From assembly GCA_046861655.1 (NCBI GenBank), contig JBHIAI010000001.1, positions 43,027 to 107,026 of the forward strand: DNA of 64,000 nt, given 5' to 3'. Source of the stretch: Fidelibacterota bacterium. Lineage in GTDB: Bacteria > Fidelibacterota > Marinisomatia > Marinisomatales > S15-B10. This document shows, in pieces, positions 39,226 through 48,629 of the stretch (position 1 is the first letter of the stretch; every line of letters starts with the position of its first letter). Position numbers and translations under genes: made by a program. The notes below the pieces were generated by a model that had not been told where the DNA came from, did no database searches, and worked only from the letters and a program-made list of their open reading frames with translations.

Positions 39226-40026
39226 ATGGAATACCGGTTAAGTCCCTCAGACCTGACGTTTCTCTATGAAGGGTGTAAACACTGTTTTGTGCTGAAGGTC
39301 AAGCACGGTATTTCCCAGCCCTCCATCCCCATCCCCGGGGTGTTCAGCGTTATAGGAAGGTTGCAGAAAGAGTACTATTCGGGCAGGCGAACGGAAGCAT
39401 TCTGTCCTGATTTGCCGCCAGGGGTGATTGCCTACGGTGAGAAACGGGTAAGGTCGAGCTCCCTGCGTGTGGCAGGGTCAGACAGTACGTTGTATATCAA
39501 TGGCCGGTTTGATATCGCGGCGGAGTTTGATGATGGCTCGTTCGGTGTTCTGGATTTCAAAACGGGAAAACCCGCCCAGGAGAAAACGGATATGTATGCC
39601 CGGCAGTTGCACGCGTACACGCTGGCTCTGGAAGACGCTGCGGACGGGTATTTGAGTCTTTCTCCCGTCAGCCGGCTTGGGTTACTGTATTTCACTCCGG
39701 ACCGGTGTGAGCATGATGGCGGGACCCGGCAGGTTCTTGAGGGGGAGATGCAGTGGGTGGAGGTCAAACGGAATGATGACGGGTTCAGGGAGTTTCTGGA
39801 CGATGTCGTTACGTTGTTGGATGGATCCCTTCCTTCGCCTGAGGGCGATGCGTGCGACTGGTGTCGCTACCTGGAGACGGCCGGTAGTTATGGCGGGGGA
39901 GAGGATGGGGGAGATATCCCGGACTGTCCGGTATGTGGCAGTGGCATGCGGTTAAGAACCGGCAAGTACGGGCAGTTCTGGTCCTGCACAAGGTATCCCG
40001 ACTGCAAGGGCACCCGGAATCTTTAG
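39226..40026 (+). CDS. PD-(D/E)XK nuclease with C-terminal topoisomerase-type C4 zinc finger
   Basis: GRFDI...VLDFKT..YARQLHAY; CPVCG..GKYGQFWSCTRYPDC. Confidence 0.82.
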   Translation: MEYRLSPSDLTFLYEGCKHCFVLKVKHGISQPSIPIPGVFSVIGRLQKEYYSGRRTEAFCPDLPPGVIAYGEKRVRSSSLRVAGSDSTLYINGRFDIAAEFDDGSFGVLDFKTGKPAQEKTDMYARQLHAYTLALEDAADGYLSLSPVSRLGLLYFTPDRCEHDGGTRQVLEGEMQWVEVKRNDDGFREFLDDVVTLLDGSLPSPEGDACDWCRYLETAGSYGGGEDGGDIPDCPVCGSGMRLRTGKYGQFWSCTRYPDCKGTRNL

Positions 40027-40199
40027 GATTGGGAACGGGAAACTTGTGGAATGGCTTCGAAAGAGTTCGGGTACCAAGTGCCGGGGAAAGGGTAATACCC
40101 TTACAAGAGGGTAAAAGAAGAGGTAATGCGGGAATGGGCTCAGTCTATGGGAGTGAGCAGATAGACAATCTCATCAATAGGCAAAGGCGGACGTCTTAG

Positions 40200-40376
40200 C
40201 AGAGTTGTTGGGAAGACCAAAGGTTGCACATTTGTCTGTAACCGTTGACCCTTATACTTTTCTGGATTTGGATGTCCAAGATGTCCCCGCGCTCAACATG
40301 GAAGATAATCTCTTCGAAGGAGATGCCACGTTCTTCTCTTAATTTTTCATTCTTATCGTTATCCAATATCAACACA
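40200..40376 (-). pseudogene. BrnT-like toxin remnant
   Basis: DNDKNEKLREERGISFEEIIFHVERGDILD, then a frame change to HPNPEKYKGQR; no antitoxin. Confidence 0.6.
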
Positions 40377-40450
40377 TCAGAGGGGATCGCCGCTCCCGAA
40401 GGTCCGGGAGCGGCAATGACAGGATAGTGGCTACTTAAGGAGCGGTAAGC

Positions 40451-40915
40451 TTACTCTGAAGCCGGGGCTTCCGGCTGGGGTTCCTCAGGCGCTTCCGGTG
40501 CTGCCTCTCCGGGTTTGCCGTAGACCAGGCCGATAGCCAAACCGGCCGCTGCCACCTCCAGGGTGTAGACAAGGATCATGACCACGGTGGGGCCAAAGCC
40601 CACCGGGAACGCCAGGTCAAAGAAAATCCCGAACGGTATGGCTGCGAAAAGGCCCAGAAAAATGCCAAACCGGAGCCCCTCGCCCGCAGGCGCTCCCCCT
40701 TCGTATCCCTTGGGAAACAGGTAGGCCATGATCAATACCATGGCCAGGACGGCGATCAAGGGCAAGTACATTGGCCCTTCCATGGATGCTCCTGTTGCTT
40801 CCATGACGTTTGTTTCAATGTAGCTCTTGAAGATGAGTTGCTCCAGGATGACATAGGCGACGACATTGCCGACGAAACCCCCCAGGGTTGCGAGTAGGAA
40901 TTTCTTAGTGTCCAT
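40451..40915 (-). CDS. Hypothetical 4-TM membrane protein
   Basis: GGAGG RBS; hydrophobic segments; EGLRFG. Confidence 0.75.
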   Translation of the reverse strand: MDTKKFLLATLGGFVGNVVAYVILEQLIFKSYIETNVMEATGASMEGPMYLPLIAVLAMVLIMAYLFPKGYEGGAPAGEGLRFGIFLGLFAAIPFGIFFDLAFPVGFGPTVVMILVYTLEVAAAGLAIGLVYGKPGEAAPEAPEEPQPEAPASE

Positions 40916-41020
40916 GCTTCACCCTCCTGTGGTTTGGTGATTGCTCAAGGTGGGAGAATTTAGTCTTACTCCGGGGCCGACGGCAAGCGAAAGTCAAGCT
41001 TGTTCATGGTTACCCCTTGC

Positions 41021-41054
41021 AAGTGATATTGTAATATTGTAATATCACGATATC
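41021..41054 (+). promoter_or_regulatory. 8-bp-periodic operator array of TA module 2
   Basis: AAGTGATA TTGTAATA TTGTAATA TCACGATA TC; near-palindromic. Confidence 0.55.
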
Positions 41055-41070
41055 AAATGGAGGTTCTTAC

Positions 41071-41280
41071 ATGTCAGCAACGACGTTGAGACTACCCGAA
41101 GAAAAACTAAGAGCGCTTCGTGTGGTATCCAGCCTTCTGAATAGGCCCATGAGCAAGATCATTGAAGGACTGGTAGATGAGTTCCTGGAGGACTACTACG
41201 ATCTGAAAGAGGCCGAAGAGGCCCGGAAAGAGGAAGGGACGATTCCCTGGGAGGTTGTGAAGAAGGAACTGGGACTGTAG
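41071..41280 (+). CDS. RHH-type antitoxin (RelB-like)
   Basis: TTLRLP, FLEDYYD, IPWEVVKKELGL. Confidence 0.85.
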   Translation: MSATTLRLPEEKLRALRVVSSLLNRPMSKIIEGLVDEFLEDYYDLKEAEEARKEEGTIPWEVVKKELGL

Positions 41281-41281
41281 C

Positions 41282-41542
41282 TTGTCCCAATATGGTATAG
41301 AGTTTAAGCCGGCCGCCAGACGGGGTATGGCGAAATTACCCCAAGATATACAAAGAAGGATTGGTCAGCAAATTGACTCTCTGGCCTCCAATCCCCTTCC
41401 CCCGGGGGTCAGGAAGTTAACAGGCAGTAAGAATACCTACCGTGTCCGTGTTGGCGATTATCGTATTCTGTATGATCTCTACCAGGGCAGATTAGTTGTT
41501 CTCATTGTGGGGGTTGGTCATCGTCGCAATGTTTACAGGTAG
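41282..41542 (+). CDS. RelE/ParE family toxin
   Basis: YRVRVGDYRILY...VGHRRNVYR. Confidence 0.93.
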   Translation: MSQYGIEFKPAARRGMAKLPQDIQRRIGQQIDSLASNPLPPGVRKLTGSKNTYRVRVGDYRILYDLYQGRLVVLIVGVGHRRNVYR

Positions 41543-41543
41543 G

Positions 41544-42062
41544 GTGACAAATTTCTTGGTGACGGGACGGCCCGGAGTGGGAAAGACCACCCTGGTGGAA
41601 CAGGTGGTGAAGAGGCTGAACGTGCCGGTGGGGGGCTTTTATACCCGGGAGATCCGGGAGAGGGGAAGACGCGTGGGCTTTAGCCTCTCCACCTGGGAAG
41701 GGCAAACTGGGACCCTATCCCACGTGGAGGTTGAAAGCCCCTTTCGAGTGGGGAAATACGGGGTCAATATCCAGGTAGTGAACGACATCGGAGTGCCCGC
41801 CATTGACGAGGCCGTGGCCAGTGGGAACCTCATCGTGATCGATGAGCTGGGCCGCATGGAACTGTTTTCCAAAAAGTTTCAACAGGTTGTTCTGGAAGCT
41901 CTGGACAGCGAGGTCCCTCTTCTGGGCTCTATCCAGGAACGTCCCCACCCGTTTCTGGATGCCATCCGGAACCGACCCGATGTGGAACTGATTCATATCA
42001 CCCTGGAAAACCGGCATGACCTGGTGAGAGAGATCGTGAGACGGTTAGGAGGCAGGGGTTAG
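41544..42062 (+). CDS. NTPase (THEP1 family)
   Basis: TGRPGVGKTT, GGFYT, VGKYGV, IDELGRME. Confidence 0.9.
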   Translation: MTNFLVTGRPGVGKTTLVEQVVKRLNVPVGGFYTREIRERGRRVGFSLSTWEGQTGTLSHVEVESPFRVGKYGVNIQVVNDIGVPAIDEAVASGNLIVIDELGRMELFSKKFQQVVLEALDSEVPLLGSIQERPHPFLDAIRNRPDVELIHITLENRHDLVREIVRRLGGRG

Positions 42063-42100
42063 AGCCAGTTGGCAGTAACAGGCCAGTAACCAGGGACCAG

Positions 42101-42583
42101 TCAGGGGATGTTCTTTCCCGATGGATCGGGACGGGTTGACTGAGATTTTTTCTCGAGCTTTCGGATCCGTTCGATCTGTTTCAGATTCCACTCGTCGTCA
42201 CTGTAGGGAGTGCCAAACCAGGCATCCAGGATTTCCTTTAAGACCGCTTCCGGCGTGGACCGGAGGCTCAAAGCCAGTACGTTGGCATGGTTCCAGATGC
42301 GGGCCCCTTTGGCCGTTTCCGCATCGTGGCACAGAGCCGCCCGGACACCGGGAACCTTATTGGCCGCGATGGAACATCCGGTGCCGGTCCAGCACATGAC
42401 CACGGCCTCATCTGCTTTTTTGTCCACGACCTGCTGAACCGCCTTTTCGGTCACCTCCGGCCAGTCCAGCGATTCGTCCCCTTCCGGACCGAAATAGATG
42501 ACCTCGTGACCGCGGGTCTTGAGCTCTTTCAGAACCGCCTCCACCAGGTGGGTCCGTTCATCCGTGCTGACGGCGAGTTTCAT
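42101..42583 (-). CDS. RpiB/LacA/LacB family sugar-phosphate isomerase
   Basis: CWTGTGCSIAANKVPGVRAA, WNHANVL. Confidence 0.9.
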   Translation of the reverse strand: MKLAVSTDERTHLVEAVLKELKTRGHEVIYFGPEGDESLDWPEVTEKAVQQVVDKKADEAVVMCWTGTGCSIAANKVPGVRAALCHDAETAKGARIWNHANVLALSLRSTPEAVLKEILDAWFGTPYSDDEWNLKQIERIRKLEKKSQSTRPDPSGKNIP

Positions 42584-42689
42584 GGGGTAAAATTTAAGCC
42601 GCGGGTTGGACGAATTACACGGAATATAGGGAACCACGAACGACACGATTGGGAGGCATACGCATTACGAATTACGCATCATGCTTCGT

Positions 42690-42792
42690 CCCTTCGTCAA
42701 GCTCAGCATGACAGAAGGGGATGGTCACCCCGAGGCTTTTGCGTGACCTTGAAGCTTTTCCTGTCACCAAGCATCCAGTTGAGCGAAGCGAA
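42690..42792. repeat. Degenerate REP-like element upstream of the dnaE2 catalytic half
   Basis: CCTTCGTCAAGCTCAGCATGACA ... GTCACCCCGAG ... GAGCGAAGCGAA resembles recalled GTCA-type REP arms. Confidence 0.35.
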
Positions 42793-45213
42793 ATGAAAAC
42801 AAACAGGTCTGCTGAGCTTCTGATCAAGCTCTGCCACCGGGAAGTCCCGAAACGGTATGATCCCATCACCACGCAAGTATTAAAAAGATTGACCCATGAA
42901 CTGGACATCATCATCGACAGGGGATACGCCGACTATTTTCTCATCGTGTGGGATGTCGTCCAGTGGGCCAGAAAAAAGGGCATTCCCGTGGTGGGCCGGG
43001 GATCGGCGGCGGGGAGCTTAGTGTCTTACCTGCTGGGGATCACCCCGGTGGATCCCCTCAAACACCGCCTGCTGTTCGAACGGTTCTTGAACCCCGAACG
43101 CCAGGAGCCCCCGGACATTGACATCGATCTGTGCTGGAAACGGCGTGATGACGTCATTGAATACGTGTACAAGCGGTACGGCAAGGACAGGGTGGCCATG
43201 ATATCCACCTACAATACCTACAAGCTTCGGGGAGCCGTGAGGGATGTGGCTCGAGCCATGGGACTGTCGGAAACGGAAATCAACGGACTGGCGAAGACTC
43301 TACCGCGGTCCTTCGAGACAGACGAGGACGAAAACGGAATGTTGCACCCCCCCCGGTCCTCCCTCCAGGGAGGAAGAAAAGGGGATGTATCCCCTGAGGG
43401 CGATGGTCGCTACGGGGAGGTCTTTGCCATGGCCAGACGATTGTTGAACCGGCCCCGCCATATGGGCATCCACGCCGGGGGAATCGTCATTGCTCCCGAC
43501 AGGATCACAAAATACGTCCCCCTTCAGCCGTCGACCAAGGGACCCGTGGTCACCCAGTTCGATATGCATGGGGTGGAGAAGATGGGACTGGTGAAAATCG
43601 ACCTTTTGGGTCAGCGGTCCCTGACGGTGGTGGCGGACATGGTGAAAACCTTGAAGGGAAAATACGGAATCCGGTTTGATCTGGACCGCATGCCGGCCAT
43701 GGATGAAAAGACCAAGGCCCTGGTTCGAGCCGGCCGGACCATAGGGGTGTTTCAGATTGAGTCGCCCGGAATGCGGGGGCTGCTGAAAAAGCTGAACGTG
43801 GATTCTTTTGAGATGATCACCGCCGCCAGTTCGGTCATCCGGCCTGGACCGTCCGATTCGGGGATGCGGCGCCATTTCATCCTGCGCCACTACGGGAAAG
43901 AGAAGGTACAGACACCCCACCCAGCAATGACGGAGATCTTGAAGGAAACCTACGGGGTTATGCTCTATCAGGAAGATGTGATCAAGATCGCGGAAGCCAT
44001 TGCGGGGTGGAGTCTGGGAGCATCGGATAAACTCCGCCGGTCCATGAGCGGGAAAAGGGTGGAAGAGCCGTTCATGGAACACCGGGACCGGTTCATCCGG
44101 GATGCGGTAAAACGGGATATCAACGTGGATGCCGCCGTAGAGATCTGGCGGCAGATGGAAGCGTTTTCGGGGTATGCCTTCTGTAAGGCCCATTCGGCGG
44201 CTTATTCGGTGATTTCCGTTCAGTGCGCGTGGCTGAAGGCACACTTTCCGGCGGAATTCATGGCGGCGGTCATGTCCAATTACGGAGGGTTCTACCATAC
44301 CTCCTGTTACCTGGAGGAGGCCAGGCGGATGGGAATTAAAATTTTGCCGCCGGATGTGAATACATCTGAACCGCATTTTACGGCCCAGGATAAAGTCGGG
44401 GGAACCAACGCGACCCCCTGGATACAGGTGGGGCTTCTTCAGGTAAAGTATCTTACCCGGGCCACGCTGACCCGGATCCTGGAGAAGCGCCAGGAACGCC
44501 CATTTGAGTCACTGGAGGATTTCTGCCGGCGGGCAAACCCGTCCTACCGGGAAGCAGAATCCCTCATCCGGTGCGGCGGATTTGATTGGTTTCCGTACAC
44601 CCGTCCCCAGCACCTGTGGAGGCTGAAGCTCATTTTCGACAGGATCAAGGATTCGGGAAACCCCTCCGACACCCACGAAGAACTGTTTCCTGAGACCGTA
44701 AAAATCCAGGGGATGCTGGCGGGAAGATCCCGGCGGTGGACCGGATCCTGGCGCGGCGGGATGGTATGGGAAAAACGCCAGTTTCCGGACGTCATGCCGG
44801 AGGTGGATTATCCCCTGGAAAAAAAGCTGAGGGACGAACTGGAATTGATGGAACTCACCGTGGAAAAACATCCTCTGTGGATGTACCGGAATGCTCTGAA
44901 GACTTGTTCGGAAAAAGTGGGACCGTTTGTCCATGCCAGGGATCTGGACACCTGCCGGGGGAAACGGGTCAGGATGGTGGGATGGATGATCACCACCCGT
45001 CAGGCCCGGGCGAAGGGAGGAAAACTGATGCAGTTTCTTTCCTGCGAGGATTTGACCGGCACCTTTGAATGTATCCTTTTCCCGGAAACCTACCGGAAAT
45101 ACGGCCGGCTTATCCGTGACCGGGGACCGTATATCATCGCGGGAACTGTGGAAGACGATTTTGGCCACACCCCGGTCAGGGTGGACAAACTCACCCTTGT
45201 TAGACGTCCATGA
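42793..45213 (+). CDS. dnaE2: Error-prone DNA polymerase III alpha, catalytic half lacking PHP
   Basis: GRGSAAGS, PPDIDID, KIDLLG, VFQIESP, YAFCKAH, C-terminal OB fold; start 42721 or 42793. Confidence 0.9.
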   Translation: MKTNRSAELLIKLCHREVPKRYDPITTQVLKRLTHELDIIIDRGYADYFLIVWDVVQWARKKGIPVVGRGSAAGSLVSYLLGITPVDPLKHRLLFERFLNPERQEPPDIDIDLCWKRRDDVIEYVYKRYGKDRVAMISTYNTYKLRGAVRDVARAMGLSETEINGLAKTLPRSFETDEDENGMLHPPRSSLQGGRKGDVSPEGDGRYGEVFAMARRLLNRPRHMGIHAGGIVIAPDRITKYVPLQPSTKGPVVTQFDMHGVEKMGLVKIDLLGQRSLTVVADMVKTLKGKYGIRFDLDRMPAMDEKTKALVRAGRTIGVFQIESPGMRGLLKKLNVDSFEMITAASSVIRPGPSDSGMRRHFILRHYGKEKVQTPHPAMTEILKETYGVMLYQEDVIKIAEAIAGWSLGASDKLRRSMSGKRVEEPFMEHRDRFIRDAVKRDINVDAAVEIWRQMEAFSGYAFCKAHSAAYSVISVQCAWLKAHFPAEFMAAVMSNYGGFYHTSCYLEEARRMGIKILPPDVNTSEPHFTAQDKVGGTNATPWIQVGLLQVKYLTRATLTRILEKRQERPFESLEDFCRRANPSYREAESLIRCGGFDWFPYTRPQHLWRLKLIFDRIKDSGNPSDTHEELFPETVKIQGMLAGRSRRWTGSWRGGMVWEKRQFPDVMPEVDYPLEKKLRDELELMELTVEKHPLWMYRNALKTCSEKVGPFVHARDLDTCRGKRVRMVGWMITTRQARAKGGKLMQFLSCEDLTGTFECILFPETYRKYGRLIRDRGPYIIAGTVEDDFGHTPVRVDKLTLVRRP

Positions 45214-45362
45214 CGGGAAACCTTACCGGGGGGCTCTAGAAGGGGGACGGACGGGAAGGATCGGAAGGGACGAGGCCGTGAACCTGTTCATTGTTCGCGG
45301 CCGTTGTCCTTTCTATATTTCACCGCTTAGATGAATCTCCTCACGGCGTGCACCACCGATCC

Positions 45363-47816
45363 ATGAAACCCTGGGTTCAGATCAGCCTGGTTCTGGGAGG
45401 GATCATCCTGGTTGCGGTCCTTTTCGCATGGATCTACCTGGATTATCCCCTTCCCCAGTACGAGGGGGAACTGACTCTCGGGGACCTGGAACGCCCTGTC
45501 GAGGTATTCTTTGATGACTATGGGGTACCTCATGTGTACGCGGACAATGAACACGATCTTTTTCTAGCAGCTGGCTACATCGCGGCCCGGGAGAGGCTGT
45601 TTCAGATGACGGTCAACGCCGCGGCGGTGCAGGGAAAACTGGCGGAATTGTTCGGTGAGGACGCCCTGGCCGAAGACATATACTTGAGAACCTGGGGGAT
45701 ACCCAAGATGGCCAGGATCCTGGCAGACAGCATGGCCCCGGAGGCGAGAACCATTTCCGGCTATTTCTGCGATGGCATTAACGCCTACATCGATGAGGTC
45801 AAGGGGAAACTGCCTGTGGAGTTCAAGCTTCTCGGTATCCAGCCCCTCCGGTGGGAACCGGCCCACGTGGCCGGGATGGTCCGGCTGATGGGACACAATC
45901 TTACTTCTTCGTGGAAGCCGGAGATTGTTCTGGGGCAGGTGGCCACTATTTTCGATGAGAAGAAAGCCAGGGAAGTATGGCCCGCTCATCCTGAAGGGTA
46001 TCGACTGGGGTCCACCGATGGAGAAGAACTTTATGGCCTGTTGGGTACCGCTCTGATGGAGAGGGACAGAAGCGTCAGGAACATCCTGGGGATGGCAGGA
46101 GATCACCTGGGGTCCAACAACTGGGTGATCTCCGGAGCCCGGACCGCCAGCGGAAAACCCATTCTGGCCAACGATCCCCATCTTCCATACTCCCAGCCGG
46201 CTACCTGGTACGAAATGCACCTGGTGGGGGGACGATTCAATGTGAGCGGGGCGTGCCTGGCCGGAATCCCCGTTCCGGTCCTGGGACAGAATGGGGCCTG
46301 CGCCTGGGGGTTTACCAATCTCATGGTGGATGATGTGGACTTCTTTGTGGAGACCGTTGATCCAGAGGATCCGAACCGGTACCTCCATGATGGTGTGTGG
46401 CTGGGTATGGATCTCCGGGAAGAGACCCTGTCCGTCAAAGGAGGGATGGATACCACCGTGACCATCCGGGAAACAATCCACGGCCCGGTCATTTCAGATA
46501 TTCACCCCCTACTGAGGAATGGGGACCGAGTTGTTTCCATGCGGTGGTCGGGGCACGATGTGAGCGATGAGATTTACGGTCTTCTTCAGCTCACCCTGAT
46601 GAGGAACTGGGAGGATTTTTCCCAGGCCGCCCGGTCCTTCGGAACTCCGGGACAGAATGTGGTCTATGCCGACACAGCAGGCAACATCGGGTGGCGGCCC
46701 TTTGCCCGGATTCCGATCCGGAAGGGAGGAGCCACGGCGATGCCCGTATCGGGAACATCATCGGAATGGGACTGGAAGGGATACATCCCCTTCGACGAGA
46801 TACCCTTTGTGCTGAATCCTCCATCGGGACTCATCGCAACCGCCAACAACAAAGTCTTCGATGATTCCTACCCTTATTACGTGTCGGACTTCTGGCAGGA
46901 TCCCTCCCGGGTCAACCGGGTCTGGGAGTTGATCGGGGATGAAGACGCCATCACCATGGACATGGTGAAGAAAACCCAGACCGACGTGGTGTCTCCCTTC
47001 GCCCGGGAGGCAGCCAGGTATTTTGTGGAGGCGTTTAAGACCGAAACCATATCCCCCCGTCCGGAAGGGCCGGAAAGTCAGAGGTTGGAAAAGAGGAATC
47101 TGGAGAGAGCCGTAAAGCTTCTGGATGGGTGGGATGGTGACCATTCGGTTGAATCGGCGGCTGCGGCCGTATTCAATGCTTCCCTGTCCCGGTTGTTCGA
47201 GAATCTTTATGGCGATGAAATGAGACTGATGGGGGAGGGGTTCTATGAGGGGTGGTTGAGCCTTCCCAGTTTGCCCACGAAAGACCTGCGCCGCATTCTG
47301 AGGGGAGGTTCCTGTTCATGGTGTGATAACATCGAAACCAGGGATAAGGTGGAAGGGGTGCAAGATCTTCTGAGACGTTCTCTCCAGGAGGGAGTGAGAG
47401 ACCTGGAAAGAGCTCTGGGGCCTGATCCGGCCAACTGGGAATGGGGTCGGCTTCATACGGTCACTTTTGAACATCAAATCGGCCGGGTCAGTGCGATCCT
47501 CGAATTCGTGTTTGATTTCAACGTGGGGCCCTATCCGACGGGGGGAACGGTTACCACCATAAACAAGGGGGAATTCCGGTTGTATGACCCTTATGATCAG
47601 GTAGTGGGGCCTTCGTTCCGGCGAATCGTTGACTTTTCCGATCTTGACCGGACTCAGTTTATCCTTCCCACCGGCCAATCGGGACTCCCCAAGAGTAACC
47701 ACTATGATGACCAGGTGTCGTTGTACCTTTCCGGGGAATACCGGACGACCTTTTTCAACCGCGAGACTATACGACAGGCCGGCTTTCAACATCTTGTTCT
47801 GTCCCCCGGAAGCTGA
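45363..47816 (+). CDS. Penicillin acylase family protein (S45)
   Basis: GVPHVYA, GSNNW, LANDPHL, TANN, PTGQSG. Confidence 0.93.
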   Translation: MKPWVQISLVLGGIILVAVLFAWIYLDYPLPQYEGELTLGDLERPVEVFFDDYGVPHVYADNEHDLFLAAGYIAARERLFQMTVNAAAVQGKLAELFGEDALAEDIYLRTWGIPKMARILADSMAPEARTISGYFCDGINAYIDEVKGKLPVEFKLLGIQPLRWEPAHVAGMVRLMGHNLTSSWKPEIVLGQVATIFDEKKAREVWPAHPEGYRLGSTDGEELYGLLGTALMERDRSVRNILGMAGDHLGSNNWVISGARTASGKPILANDPHLPYSQPATWYEMHLVGGRFNVSGACLAGIPVPVLGQNGACAWGFTNLMVDDVDFFVETVDPEDPNRYLHDGVWLGMDLREETLSVKGGMDTTVTIRETIHGPVISDIHPLLRNGDRVVSMRWSGHDVSDEIYGLLQLTLMRNWEDFSQAARSFGTPGQNVVYADTAGNIGWRPFARIPIRKGGATAMPVSGTSSEWDWKGYIPFDEIPFVLNPPSGLIATANNKVFDDSYPYYVSDFWQDPSRVNRVWELIGDEDAITMDMVKKTQTDVVSPFAREAARYFVEAFKTETISPRPEGPESQRLEKRNLERAVKLLDGWDGDHSVESAAAAVFNASLSRLFENLYGDEMRLMGEGFYEGWLSLPSLPTKDLRRILRGGSCSWCDNIETRDKVEGVQDLLRRSLQEGVRDLERALGPDPANWEWGRLHTVTFEHQIGRVSAILEFVFDFNVGPYPTGGTVTTINKGEFRLYDPYDQVVGPSFRRIVDFSDLDRTQFILPTGQSGLPKSNHYDDQVSLYLSGEYRTTFFNRETIRQAGFQHLVLSPGS

Positions 47817-47852
47817 CCAGACCGATGATGGAGCCGGTCCTGATGGCGTCCT

Positions 47853-48629
47853 ATGGATGTTAGTCGTTTGTATGCCAAGGGACCCTTGAAGATCGGGCAC
47901 CGGGGAGCTCCAAAGGGGGCGCCGGAGAATACCGTCGCATCGTACCTGAAGGCACTGGAGGCGGGTCTTGACGCCATCGAAATAGACGTGATTGCCACCC
48001 GGGACGGCAGAGTTGTCTGTTCCCACAATCACGATCTAGAAAGGGAGACCAGCGGCAGCGGGTATATCCATCAGATGACATACCAGGAACTCAAAGACGT
48101 GGATGCGGCCGTAAAGTTCCCTGAGTTCTCCCCTTCCAAGCTTCCCCTCCTGGAAGAGGTCCTGGATGCCCTTCCCGGTGATTGCGTTCTGGACATCGAG
48201 ATCAAGGCCACCGGTTTTGTTGATATCAAGGCGGCCCGGAGCGTTGCCAGGATAATCCGCCGCCGTAACCTGTATCACCGGGTCATAGTATCAAGTTTCC
48301 ACCCTTTGGTGGTGGGAACGATCAAGTGGATGGACCGACGCATCCCTACGGCCTACCTATGGACAAACAGGGACCTTGTCCCTAAGTACTTGAGGAAACC
48401 GAGATTCTTAAGACTTCTTCACCCCGATTTTTTCCACCCGGAGGCCCACCTGGTAAGCGAGAACCTTATCCGGTCGGCCCGGAACCGGGGGATGCGAGTG
48501 AACGCCTGGACTGTGAATAACCGGCCGGCCATGGAGTGGCTCCTGAAACTGGGTGTGGACGGACTCATCTCGGATTTTCCCGAGCTCATGCACCAGGCGG
48601 CAAAAAACGTGGGAGAGATATCCGGATGA
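47853..48629 (+). CDS. Glycerophosphodiester phosphodiesterase
   Basis: GHRGA..PENT, EIDV, AWTVN, GVDGLISD. Confidence 0.92.
   Translation: MDVSRLYAKGPLKIGHRGAPKGAPENTVASYLKALEAGLDAIEIDVIATRDGRVVCSHNHDLERETSGSGYIHQMTYQELKDVDAAVKFPEFSPSKLPLLEEVLDALPGDCVLDIEIKATGFVDIKAARSVARIIRRRNLYHRVIVSSFHPLVVGTIKWMDRRIPTAYLWTNRDLVPKYLRKPRFLRLLHPDFFHPEAHLVSENLIRSARNRGMRVNAWTVNNRPAMEWLLKLGVDGLISDFPELMHQAAKNVGEISG

Noticed and set aside
33917..42792. Prophage, ICE or transposon as the interrupting element
   Set aside because: No integrase, transposase, phage or conjugation genes, and no long terminal repeats; contents include glnA
33146..45213. Split intein in dnaE2
   Set aside because: No Cys/Ser-initiated IntN tail on the first ORF and no His-Asn plus nucleophile on the second; there is no extra sequence to hold one
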